Below are positions 6,653 to 14,222 of a stretch of 18,940 nt of DNA, piece by piece. A model generated the notes under the pieces. The model did no database searches and was not told where the DNA came from. It saw nothing but the letters and a program-made list of their open reading frames with translations. Origin of the DNA: a virus (lineage: Duplodnaviria; Heunggongvirae; Uroviricota; Caudoviricetes); the IMG/VR virus record IMGVR_UViG_3300011155_000013, positions 1 through 18,940 of that record; one strand, given 5' to 3'. Made by a program: the position numbers and the translations under genes. Each line of letters starts with the position of its first letter. The stretch's first letter is position 1.

Positions 6653-7234
6653 TCAGTCCTCCTGCTGATAGCCGACCAGCTTGTACTGGTCCTGCCAGGA
6701 CTCGCCGCAGTCGTTGCAGGAGACACCCTGCCAGGCCGCTCCGGCGTCGACCGTCACCGAACCACCGTCGAGGTCTGAACTGCCGCAGTACGGGCAGCGG
6801 GTGCCCCCTTCAGTTGCGTATTGCTCGGGCGTCTGGGGAAGTTTCTGGCTCTCGGCGACCTGCCGGCCATGCACCTGTAGCCGCAGGTAACCCTCGGTCT
6901 CATGGCCTTCGTCCACGAATGGCCACGCCGGCCAGAGTGCCTTCAGTGCGGCGTCCACGTCATCGTCAAAACCACGACTGCAGCTGTGGTTGACGATCAA
7001 CTCGCTCGGGCTGTTGCCCCACACGATGGCCATCCATCCTGTCCCTGCGCCATCCTTGATCATGCGCAGGCCGCAGTCGTCTACGGCGGCACAGTCTTCG
7101 ACGACCTGCTCGATCGACTTGTCTTCGACGAACTCCCAACCGTCGCCGTCGTCCAGCTCGTAGTGTTCCCAGCCCATGCTGCGCAGGCTGCCCAGGATCA
7201 GGCCGAGGGCCAGTTTTTCTGCTTGAAGTGACAT
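6653..7234 (-). CDS. Hypothetical two-module protein with C-terminal Zn-ribbon (CPYC...CNDC), 193 aa
   Basis: GAGG RBS; two CxxC pairs. Confidence 0.8.
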   Translation of the reverse strand: MSLQAEKLALGLILGSLRSMGWEHYELDDGDGWEFVEDKSIEQVVEDCAAVDDCGLRMIKDGAGTGWMAIVWGNSPSELIVNHSCSRGFDDDVDAALKALWPAWPFVDEGHETEGYLRLQVHGRQVAESQKLPQTPEQYATEGGTRCPYCGSSDLDGGSVTVDAGAAWQGVSCNDCGESWQDQYKLVGYQQED

Positions 7235-7244
7235 GATGGCTGCC

Positions 7245-7514
7245 TCAGCTGAAGTCGGCGGGGGTGAGTGGAATGGTGCGGAGGAATACGCCTCGCACTT
7301 GTTCGCCGTTGGTGGTTGTGAGAAGGGCTCTACCGTCGTAGCAGAGAGTCACTTCCTGCTGCTGATCCAAGGTGACGGTCGCGTCGTTCGAGAGGGTCAG
7401 CGTGACTATGCCGGAGAACCCCGCGCCGCCCGGGTAGTCGAAGGTTTCCACCTCACATCCGTTGATGTGCTCGATGTCCGCGACGTCAAACAGGCGCTTC
7501 AATTTGATTTTCAT
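7245..7514 (-). CDS. Hypothetical protein, 89 aa
   Basis: CAGGAG RBS overlapping the 12-bp box. Confidence 0.75.
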   Translation of the reverse strand: MKIKLKRLFDVADIEHINGCEVETFDYPGGAGFSGIVTLTLSNDATVTLDQQQEVTLCYDGRALLTTTNGEQVRGVFLRTIPLTPADFS

Positions 7515-7526
7515 GTTGCCTTACTC

Positions 7527-7538
7527 CTGTAATTACAG
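7527..7538. promoter_or_regulatory. 12-bp palindromic box
   Basis: CTGTAATTACAG (perfect palindrome) in a 26-bp junction; overlaps the CAGGAG RBS on the minus strand. Confidence 0.7.
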
Positions 7539-7540
7539 TT

Positions 7541-7918
7541 CTAAGCCGCTGATCTAACCGGCGGAAACACAATCGACGCCTCCGTCTGGCCCTCGTCAGC
7601 GAACCACTTCTTCTCGAGCAGCAGGTCGGTGGCGATCTCGCAGGCCTCCCCGGCATCAACGGTGCAGCCTGGCAGGTAGCTGATCACCGCCACGAAGAGC
7701 ATCTCGAAGCCGGCCTGGTAGCCAACGTAGGTCACGTCGTAGCGGTCCTTGATGGCGGAGATCGGGTGCTCGGCCAGCGCGTCGTCGACCACAAAGGACG
7801 TCAGTTCCTTGAAGCGATCCTGGTTCAGCATGTCGCACTGCTCATCCGTCAGCTCCGGCATCTCTGTGCAGGCTGGGCAGCCGTCGTGGTGGTCGTGGAA
7901 GGGGTCGGTGCAACTCAT
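7541..7918 (-). CDS. Hypothetical acidic protein with N-terminal Cys/His cluster, 125 aa
   Basis: ATGA coupling; 'CTDPFHDHHDGCPAC'; 24 D+E. Confidence 0.75.
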   Translation of the reverse strand: MSCTDPFHDHHDGCPACTEMPELTDEQCDMLNQDRFKELTSFVVDDALAEHPISAIKDRYDVTYVGYQAGFEMLFVAVISYLPGCTVDAGEACEIATDLLLEKKWFADEGQTEASIVFPPVRSAA

Positions 7919-8556
7919 GCCGCGCGCTCCTGCAGGTAGTCGTGAATGGTGAACAGCCGGCCGATGTCAGGCGTGGCTTGGATGATCCACTCGTCCAGCC
8001 TTCCGTTGCAGCGAGCCGACTCCATGAGGTCGTGCTCTGTCCACATGTCGAAGCCCATCGCCTGCTCGTCGATGTAGGCTGCGATCAGCGTGCCGACCTC
8101 GTTGTGGTCCCAGGTCTCGATCTCGTCCCAGTTGTCGAGGTTGGCCGAGTAGAAGCTGATGAAACCGCTGCGGCTGGTGAATCGCTCGCGCACCTTGTCG
8201 CGGAAAGCCTTTTCGCTGGTCTCTGCCCTCAGTCGGCGAACCTCGTCCAGCTCGATCTCACAGAAGATCCGGTCGGTGTCGAAGTTGTACTCGCGCGGCG
8301 ATTTCAGCGACTCGAAGGTCAGGGCGATCTTGAACTCGGCGGCCAGTGCTTTGGCATATTCCGCGGCGTAGTTGCCGTGCACGAGACCCCACTGGCAGGC
8401 GCCGAAGGCCCGGTCGCGGAGCTTGTCATTAATCGAACAACCGGTGTCACGGTCGCTGAACATCTGATCCAGCGCGTCGTCGAGGCTGCTGTCGTGGGGG
8501 CTGTTGTAGAAGCCGGAGAAGGGGATGGTGGTTAGCATGGCGGCTGCCTTTGGCAT
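7915..8556 (-). CDS. Conserved hypothetical phage/MGE protein, 213 aa
   Basis: GAGGAG RBS; 'TTIPFSGFY', 'SPREYNFDTDRIF', 'SRSGFISFYS' look like conserved family motifs that I cannot name. Confidence 0.85.
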   Translation of the reverse strand: MPKAAAMLTTIPFSGFYNSPHDSSLDDALDQMFSDRDTGCSINDKLRDRAFGACQWGLVHGNYAAEYAKALAAEFKIALTFESLKSPREYNFDTDRIFCEIELDEVRRLRAETSEKAFRDKVRERFTSRSGFISFYSANLDNWDEIETWDHNEVGTLIAAYIDEQAMGFDMWTEHDLMESARCNGRLDEWIIQATPDIGRLFTIHDYLQERAA

Positions 8557-8557
8557 T

Positions 8558-8875
8558 TCAATACTCCTCAGCCAGCAGGATGGTCAGCAGTCGGCCGGTC
8601 TTGTCCGGGTCGCTAGGGTCTTCGGAGCCGAACTGATACAGCGGGTCGTAGTAGTCGATCTCCCAGAAGATCCGCTCGCCGGCGACATCCAGGGCACCGA
8701 AGTCGTGTTCGCCGTAAGGGTCGTCACCCTCGGTGAAACCGTCGAAGGCGCGCACCGCGGCGATGATTTCTTCCTTGGCCGGGTGGTTGGCCACACCTTT
8801 GGTGAGTACCGTACGGCCGCCGAGGCCGGTGGTGCGGAGCATATCGTTGAGCTGGGCAATCGTCGGGGTTTCCAT
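8558..8875 (-). CDS. DUF3768 family protein, 105 aa
   Basis: 'IAQLNDMLR', 'FTEGDDPYGEHDFG', 'IFWEIDYYD', 'GSEDPSDP..T.RLLTILLAEEY'. Confidence 0.85.
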   Translation of the reverse strand: METPTIAQLNDMLRTTGLGGRTVLTKGVANHPAKEEIIAAVRAFDGFTEGDDPYGEHDFGALDVAGERIFWEIDYYDPLYQFGSEDPSDPDKTGRLLTILLAEEY

Positions 8876-9018
8876 CACTTCACTTCCTTCAGTTGATATC
8901 CTTCAAACGCCTGCGCCTTCCATTTCTGGATGGCGTCTTCAGTGGCGTCCTTCTTTTGTGGGTGGGTTTTGCCGCTGATCCACTTGCCGTTCCGGCGAAG
9001 CTGAACTTGCCAGGCCAT
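8875..9018 (-). CDS. Small basic protein, 47 aa (MAWQVQLRRNGKWISGKTHPQKKDATEDAIQKWKAQAFEGYQLKEVK); not in ORF track
   Basis: Translated by hand; CAGGAG RBS upstream; TGA overlaps the DUF3768 ATG. Confidence 0.7.
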   Translation of the reverse strand: MAWQVQLRRNGKWISGKTHPQKKDATEDAIQKWKAQAFEGYQLKEVK

Positions 9019-9030
9019 AAACGCTTACTC

Positions 9031-9042
9031 CTGTAATTACAG
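9031..9042. promoter_or_regulatory. 12-bp palindromic box
   Basis: CTGTAATTACAG, extendable to CCTGTAATTACAGG (9030-9043); overlaps the CAGGAG RBS. Confidence 0.7.
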
Positions 9043-9045
9043 GGA

Positions 9046-9318
9046 TCAGGCCGCGATTTGATCCTCGCGGCGTTGCCAGACTCCGACGTAGTCGATGCCC
9101 TTGGCGCGGTAGAGCCAGTCTTCCAACTCCTCCTCGGTCATGCGGGTGTCGACCCAGACCTGGGTGTAGCCGGGGTCTTCTCGGTAGGCACCGGCCTTGA
9201 TTACCGACATGGTCGTCTTCAGCGGCGCGAGCCGGCGCACCAGGGTGCTTGCGGAGTGGGTCTCGACGTCGATGCCGAGGCGGTGGATTGGGGCTTTGGC
9301 GGGGATCTGGACGGCCAC
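9046..9318 (-). CDS. Hypothetical protein, 90 aa
   Basis: GTG start overlaps the upstream TAG; GGAG RBS. Confidence 0.7.
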   Translation of the reverse strand: MAVQIPAKAPIHRLGIDVETHSASTLVRRLAPLKTTMSVIKAGAYREDPGYTQVWVDTRMTEEELEDWLYRAKGIDYVGVWQRREDQIAA

Positions 9319-9665
9319 TAGATTGGCTCCATCTGACTGAACAGTTTGTCGTCAATATTCACTACGGCTCCCCAGCGATCTCCACGCCACACCCGGCCAG
9401 TGCGGTGGCTTTCATCCTGAATAGACCAATAAAGTCCGAACGGACCTATGTGGGTTACTTCCGCCGGCACCGTGGGCACATCAGCAATCTCGTAGCCCTG
9501 GGCCGCCATGACGCCGGCGATCGCGTCGCAGGTGTCGCTGTCCCACTCTTTGCCGGACAGTAAGGACTGGATCTGGTCCAGCGTCTTGGCGGCACGGGAA
9601 AACGTGTCGTCCGGCACTCGCTCACCTTGTTCATAGGCGTAGATCAGTTCGGATGGGGTCTTCAC
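9318..9665 (-). CDS. Hypothetical protein, 115 aa
   Basis: GTGA coupling; GAGGAG upstream. Confidence 0.75.
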   Translation of the reverse strand: MKTPSELIYAYEQGERVPDDTFSRAAKTLDQIQSLLSGKEWDSDTCDAIAGVMAAQGYEIADVPTVPAEVTHIGPFGLYWSIQDESHRTGRVWRGDRWGAVVNIDDKLFSQMEPI

Positions 9666-9961
9666 TCTTCACACTCCTCAATATGGGTGGTCGTGCAGCC
9701 GGGGTTCGCAGCCAAGCACTGCTCCTCGGCGTCTTCCTCGCTGACCGCCTGGCAGTAGAACTCGTGCATCTCGTTCATCTCCTCGTCGCCGGCGGCGTAG
9801 AAGACCACCGTGAAGTCGCGCGGTAGGTCGTCCGACTCGTACGGCTCGATCTCGGCGCCGCAGACCGGGCACTCGTCGTTGCACTGGCAGGACCAGGTGT
9901 CGGTCCATTGCGTGCCGCAGTGGCGGTAGTAGTTGAGGAAGCGGGCTGGTTCAGTTTTCAC
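9662..9961 (-). CDS. Hypothetical very acidic Cys-rich protein, 99 aa
   Basis: GGAGG RBS before GTG 9961; 'HCGTQWTDTWSCQCNDECPVCG'; 24 D+E versus 4 K+R. Confidence 0.8.
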   Translation of the reverse strand: MKTEPARFLNYYRHCGTQWTDTWSCQCNDECPVCGAEIEPYESDDLPRDFTVVFYAAGDEEMNEMHEFYCQAVSEEDAEEQCLAANPGCTTTHIEECEE

Positions 9962-11171
9962 AGGGCACCTCCGGGCGGGCATTGAGCCGGTCAGCCACCT
10001 TGTCGGCGCCGATCACCTTCAGCGTTTCAGAACACTCATCGCAGCCAAGGACGAACTGGCAGCGCACGTCGTTCGTATTCAGCCTGTTCTGCGGGACGCC
10101 GGTGGTGATGACGTTCTGCGTGCACCACGTCAGCGATTTGCTGCCGCACTCATGACAGGTGGTGACTTCGGTGAGCGGCTGCGGGGCGGTCTGCGCGATG
10201 GGGCCGGCGTAGAACTTTCGGATTTCCCAAACGTCCGGCAGCCCTTTTGCCAGCTGCTCAGCGTTGGCTTCTGCACACCACGCGGCGCGCTCGGCAGTGC
10301 TGTCTTGCCACCAACGTTCCTCTACTTTCTGCCCTGGTAGGTATCGCACTTGCCATTGCTCCACAGGCTGCTGCTCGGTCTGCGCGATGGGGCCGGCGTA
10401 GAGCGCAACCTGCTTCGAGCCAGCAGGCTTACCAGCCAGAGCTGTCTTGTCGAAGTTCTTCGCGTCGTCTTCGGTCGGGTGCAACCAGCTGCCGAAACGG
10501 CCATTACGGAAATTGGCGTATCCGACAGGCTGCTGCTCGGTCTGCGCGGCACGCAATTCGTCTATCTCCATTTGCATCCCGCCACACTGGGCGCGGAGAT
10601 CGCTATTCTCGCGTTCCAGATCGGCCTGCACGGGGCGTGCTGACAGAGCGGGGCGTGCAAGAAAGGCATCCAACAACACTTGGAATGCATCACAAACGGA
10701 TGCCGGCAGTTGGCCACCAGCTTCCACCGTATGCGGTGCTAGCAGTTCGCACAGGTGGGTGTAGGTGCCTTCGTAGATGTCCTCATCCTGCGCCGGGGCT
10801 GGCTTTTTCGTGCATGCAGGACACGGGAAGCCATCGCGCCGCCAGTCGTCGTGCGCAACATCGTCGCAAAACTGAGCCGGGGCTGGCTCGGCCGATACCC
10901 CATGCTCCAGCGCCGCCTCGCGCAGTGCATCCTCGACGTCACCCGGGATCAGGTAGTTGCGCAGGTAAGCGCACTCGTCGTACTGAAGCAGCACGGTGAG
11001 GTTTTCCGGGAACAGGTGCCCCGGCACCCGCACCACGTTGCTGACGCCGCGATCGGCGTCGACGAAGGCCACGATGTTGCCCCCACCCACTTCACGCAGC
11101 AGAAGGGTCCAGGCGATGCGCTGGCCGTGTTCGGTGTACTCGCGGCCGGTGTTGAACGTGTTGATCTTCAT
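9951..11171 (-). CDS. Mosaic multi-module phage protein, 406 aa (architecture reminiscent of lambdoid Ea22/Ead-type chimeras)
   Basis: Repeated linkers PAPAQ x2, AQTEQQPV x2, YAGPIAQT x2; C-terminal CHEC...CDEC module. Confidence 0.8.
   Translation of the reverse strand: MKINTFNTGREYTEHGQRIAWTLLLREVGGGNIVAFVDADRGVSNVVRVPGHLFPENLTVLLQYDECAYLRNYLIPGDVEDALREAALEHGVSAEPAPAQFCDDVAHDDWRRDGFPCPACTKKPAPAQDEDIYEGTYTHLCELLAPHTVEAGGQLPASVCDAFQVLLDAFLARPALSARPVQADLERENSDLRAQCGGMQMEIDELRAAQTEQQPVGYANFRNGRFGSWLHPTEDDAKNFDKTALAGKPAGSKQVALYAGPIAQTEQQPVEQWQVRYLPGQKVEERWWQDSTAERAAWCAEANAEQLAKGLPDVWEIRKFYAGPIAQTAPQPLTEVTTCHECGSKSLTWCTQNVITTGVPQNRLNTNDVRCQFVLGCDECSETLKVIGADKVADRLNARPEVPCEN
10187..10548. repeat. 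In-frame direct repeats inside the 406-aa gene
   Basis: 27 bp identical at 10187-10213 and 10376-10402; 24 bp identical at 10363-10386 and 10525-10548. Confidence 0.9.
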
Positions 11172-11794
11172 CCCTCAAACCCTCCATCCTCGTTGAACGT
11201 GTACCCGCAGCCGCGAAGGGCTTCATCGACCTGCTCATCAGCGGTCAACCAGTCATGCTCGGATTCCAGTTGGTCGTAGATCCAGTCGGCGAAGAGCCGG
11301 AGCGCGTCCCGGATGTCGCTTTCGGCATCACCGACGTCCCGGTACATGCTGTCTGTATGGGTCACCTCCACGCTCATGCAGCCGCTGTGTTGGTAGTACC
11401 CTCGGTGCCGGCAAGTGGCCTCCAGCTTGTAGAACTGCTTGCTCTGAATCTCTTGCAGTGCCTGGCCAATGCTCAGCAACTCGTTAAGCGTGTCGCCCGG
11501 GCCGAACTCGTGGAGCAAAGCCGATCGCCAGCCCTTCTTGTAGCGGTAGGAACCCTCGAAGCACGCGCCGTCGCCCTGGCTCCAGAATCCGCTGAAGTAG
11601 ATCGCCGGCGTGTATTTGCCTTTGCGGTCAATGTCGATGCCCAGGTGCTTGGCAGCGGTGTCAGCCTGCTCGTAGACGCTGTCCCACCAGTCGTAGTCGA
11701 GCTGGCCGTTGCGGTACCACTCGCGGGCCTCCTCCTTGGCGGAGTCGGAGAGCTCGTCGAAGGTGTAGATGAGGTATTGCTTGAGTGCGGGCAT
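11168..11794 (-). CDS. Conserved MGE protein, 208 aa (family often auto-labelled 'antitoxin of toxin-antitoxin stability system'; function unproven)
   Basis: 'YTFDELSDSAKEEAREWYR', 'DWWDSVYE', 'IYFSGFWSQGDGACFEG', 'LESEHDWLTADEQVDE...YTFNEDG'. Confidence 0.8.
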   Translation of the reverse strand: MPALKQYLIYTFDELSDSAKEEAREWYRNGQLDYDWWDSVYEQADTAAKHLGIDIDRKGKYTPAIYFSGFWSQGDGACFEGSYRYKKGWRSALLHEFGPGDTLNELLSIGQALQEIQSKQFYKLEATCRHRGYYQHSGCMSVEVTHTDSMYRDVGDAESDIRDALRLFADWIYDQLESEHDWLTADEQVDEALRGCGYTFNEDGGFEG

Positions 11795-11796
11795 GG

Positions 11797-11967
11797 TCAG
11801 TCCTCCCACTCTTCTTCAACCACCACACCGACCGCCTTGGCATGAGCTGTGATGCCATTGAGCGTCTCGTGAAGGTCTCGCCAGTCATAGCCGGCGTGCA
11901 GGTCTTGGAGCATCGTCAGCGCGCTGCGAAGTGCGCTCTGAACCGCTTCTACTGTTGGTTCGGCCAT
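11797..11967 (-). CDS. Hypothetical protein, 56 aa
   Basis: GAGG RBS before ATG 11967 (MAEPTVEAV...). Confidence 0.65.
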   Translation of the reverse strand: MAEPTVEAVQSALRSALTMLQDLHAGYDWRDLHETLNGITAHAKAVGVVVEEEWED

Positions 11968-11969
11968 AG

Positions 11970-12113
11970 TCAACCTCGCTTCTGCCGCAGGCGGGCACAT
12001 TTGCTGTGATCGATCTTGTTGCCACCGCCGCGGCGCCGGCCGCAGATGTCGCAACGGTTGGTGAGGCGCTGGTCGAGGCCTCGGGCTCCCATCGGCTGGG
12101 GTTTCCAGGTCAT
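11970..12113 (-). CDS. Small basic Zn-finger-like protein, 47 aa
   Basis: ATG 12113 coupled to the upstream stop; 'CDICGRRRGGGNKIDHSKC'. Confidence 0.65.
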   Translation of the reverse strand: MTWKPQPMGARGLDQRLTNRCDICGRRRGGGNKIDHSKCARLRQKRG

Positions 12114-12328
12114 TGGCCACCCCCGGCGCGGAAGGAGTAGGTGCAGCCGCCGGTGACGATGGTTCCTGGCTTGCGGCGCTCGTACCACTGAGCCGGCACG
12201 CTGACCTGCATGCAGGGCACGCCGTCTTTGGCCAGCACGATGCGCTGGAAGCTGTGGTCGGCCATCGTGCGCGGGATCTCGCGCACCACGGTGTGGGGCA
12301 CGCCGTCAACGTAGAGGGTGGTCATCAC
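12110..12328 (-). CDS. Hypothetical protein, about 72 aa
   Basis: GAGGGAG RBS; coupled at both ends. Confidence 0.7.
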   Translation of the reverse strand: MMTTLYVDGVPHTVVREIPRTMADHSFQRIVLAKDGVPCMQVSVPAQWYERRKPGTIVTGGCTYSFRAGGGQ

Positions 12329-12843
12329 GCCGCTCCCTCAGCCAGCGCCGGCCCGTCGACGAACTGAAACTGCTCGTCCAGCTTGAAGTAGGTGCCCGGC
12401 AGTGCACCTTCCAGCTCGCTGTGCAGGTGGTGCAGGCGCTCGTCCAACGCCTCGATTTTCATCGAACCGTTCAACGTACCCACCTCTTGCCACTCGTCCT
12501 GGAAGCGCTGCTCCAGGTGCATCGGGTGCTGGCCGGGGCGCATGGGGTAGGGCATCAGGTAGAGGCGGCACTGGCTGCTGCCGGGGGCCTCGGGGGTGGA
12601 ACGGCCCACGCGGGAGGGCGGGGCCACCACGAGGGTGTAGCGGGTCTCCAGGCGCAGTTTCCAGCCCTTCTTCTCGGCGGTGCCGCCGCTTCGGACGATC
12701 TGGCCGAGGCGCATGGCCTCGGCGGTTTCGTTGGCGGTCATTCCGCCTCCGCAGAGGTTGAGCAGCATCTGCTCGAGGCGATCGGCAGGGCCTTTGGCGA
12801 CCATGCCGTCGGGGTTGGTGACGATGAGTTGGCGGGTGTCCAT
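12325..12843 (-). CDS. Hypothetical protein, 172 aa
   Basis: AAGGAA RBS after an AT-rich gap. Confidence 0.75.
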   Translation of the reverse strand: MDTRQLIVTNPDGMVAKGPADRLEQMLLNLCGGGMTANETAEAMRLGQIVRSGGTAEKKGWKLRLETRYTLVVAPPSRVGRSTPEAPGSSQCRLYLMPYPMRPGQHPMHLEQRFQDEWQEVGTLNGSMKIEALDERLHHLHSELEGALPGTYFKLDEQFQFVDGPALAEGAA

Positions 12844-12882
12844 GTGAATTCCTTATATGCTTATTACTTTATTTATGGGTTG

Positions 12883-13158
12883 TTACCAGTCGTAAGCCGG
12901 TAGGTCGTCAACGATTTCGCCGTCGCAGTCGAGGCGGATCCAGCGGTCGTCAAAGTGATGGGCCGTTAGCCAGTTGGCGATGTCGATCAGGCAGCGCGGT
13001 GCGTCTTCAAGGGTGTGGAAGCGCAAGAAGAATCCGTACGTCCACGACGCACAGGTTACCCAGGCGTTGTCGTTGCCAAGTTCGGTGAGGGTTGCGGCCA
13101 CCGAGGCTGTGATGTGGGCAGTGCTGATGGTTGGGATAACGGCGGTCTCGATTTCCAT
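12883..13158 (-). CDS. DUF5983-like protein, 91 aa
   Basis: 'ISTAHIT', 'YGFFL', 'WIRLDCDGEIVDDLPAYDW'; start moved to ATG 13158 after CAGGAAG. Confidence 0.65.
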   Translation of the reverse strand: MEIETAVIPTISTAHITASVAATLTELGNDNAWVTCASWTYGFFLRFHTLEDAPRCLIDIANWLTAHHFDDRWIRLDCDGEIVDDLPAYDW

Positions 13159-13167
13159 GGGTTCTTC

Positions 13168-13179
13168 CTGTAAATACAG
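13168..13179. promoter_or_regulatory. 12-bp palindromic box
   Basis: CTGTAAATACAG in a 25-bp junction; overlaps the CAGGAAG RBS. Confidence 0.7.
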
Positions 13180-13183
13180 TTCT

Positions 13184-13369
13184 TTAACCCAGCCGATTCG
13201 ACGGCCAGACGTGTTTGGTGCCTCGGGGGTGCTGGACTTCGACCCACCGGTAGGACTTGCCTGGCAGCGGCTCACCTACGCTGGTGACGGTGCCTTGGTA
13301 GCCGGCGTCGCCGCGGTCGGCGGGGCAGCGGACGATCTGGCCGACGAGGAATCGGCGTGGCTCACTCAT
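13184..13369 (-). CDS. Small KOW/SH3-like protein, 61 aa
   Basis: 'FLVGQIVRCP...GTVTSVG...WVEV...HVWPS'. Confidence 0.7.
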   Translation of the reverse strand: MSEPRRFLVGQIVRCPADRGDAGYQGTVTSVGEPLPGKSYRWVEVQHPRGTKHVWPSNRLG

Positions 13370-13592
13370 CGGGAATCCCCTTGTTTGCCGGCAACTCGCC
13401 CTTCACGCGGCGGGCGCAGCTGTCGATCTGGAACCAGCCTCCGCAGCGGCACTTGTACTGCTCGCCCTGGACGTCCTCCACGTCGTCGCCATCCAAGCCG
13501 ATGATGTCCTGGCAGTGTGGGCACCGACAGATCAGGCTGCGGTCGTGGTCGCGGGCGACGTGGTGCACGTCGTAGATGTATTCGTCAGCCAT
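13362..13592 (-). CDS. Small Zn-ribbon-like protein, 76 aa
   Basis: GGAGG RBS before ATG 13592; CPHC and CRCG pairs. Confidence 0.75.
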   Translation of the reverse strand: MADEYIYDVHHVARDHDRSLICRCPHCQDIIGLDGDDVEDVQGEQYKCRCGGWFQIDSCARRVKGELPANKGIPDE

Positions 13593-13803
13593 TGGGCACC
13601 TCCAGCGCTTGATTGACTTCGGCGGCCAGCTTGTCGACGGCCGCGTAAATGGCATCTCCGTAGTCCGGCTCGCAGTTGTAGACCGTGCCGTTCTTCAGCG
13701 AGACGACGATGTGGGTCCGGTGGTAGGACGGCTCCACGCCGGAGACTTGGTCGGCTGCGACGTAGCGGGTCTCGTTGCCGGGGAGTTTGATCAGTCGGCT
13801 CAT
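13585..13803 (-). CDS. Hypothetical phage protein, 72 aa
   Basis: ATG 13803 in ATGA overlap (MSRLIKLPGNETRY...). Confidence 0.75.
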   Translation of the reverse strand: MSRLIKLPGNETRYVAADQVSGVEPSYHRTHIVVSLKNGTVYNCEPDYGDAIYAAVDKLAAEVNQALEVPNG

Positions 13804-14222
13804 GACAGCAGCTCCTGGGGCACCATGACGACCTCGCCGAGCTTGGCCGCGACGAGGCAGCGCATGGCGGAGATGAGGGGTGTGGGGCCGTAGGAGTGCT
13901 CGCTTCGGCCCCGGTTCATGCACGCACGCCAGTCCGGCGAGGCGTCCTTGAATCGGCTGGCCTGTTCAGCGCTCAGGTTGCAGAACACCTCGATGCCGTG
14001 CCTCTCGATCAGCGGTCCGCCTTGGCTCCAGTCGGTCGACGGACAGTAGTTCTGTTTCTCTGACCAGCCGCTACTCAGTACCCGATCCGCCCCATTGAGG
14101 GTGAACCACCAGCACGCCACCGTATCGAAGTGCAGGTTGGTGGCGCCTTCTGACATGGCCACCGCCCAATCCAGCGCCTTGCCTTCCAGCTCAGTGGTCT
14201 TCACTTCGATCATTTTGGTCAT
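13800..14222 (-). CDS. DUF2591/NinX-like phage protein, copy 2, 140 aa
   Basis: 'VKTTELEGKALDWAVA', 'YCPSTDWSQGGPLIE', 'GPTPLISAMRCLVAAKLGEVVMVPQELLS'; start moved to ATG 14222. Confidence 0.85.
   Translation of the reverse strand: MTKMIEVKTTELEGKALDWAVAMSEGATNLHFDTVACWWFTLNGADRVLSSGWSEKQNYCPSTDWSQGGPLIERHGIEVFCNLSAEQASRFKDASPDWRACMNRGRSEHSYGPTPLISAMRCLVAAKLGEVVMVPQELLS

Noticed and set aside
7521-9042. Boxes as RsmA/CsrA sites (UACAGGAG)
   Set aside because: They contain GGA but lack the N of the CANGGANG consensus, GGA is not in the loop, and the ardA copy has no adjacent GGA. Kept only as a weak alternative.
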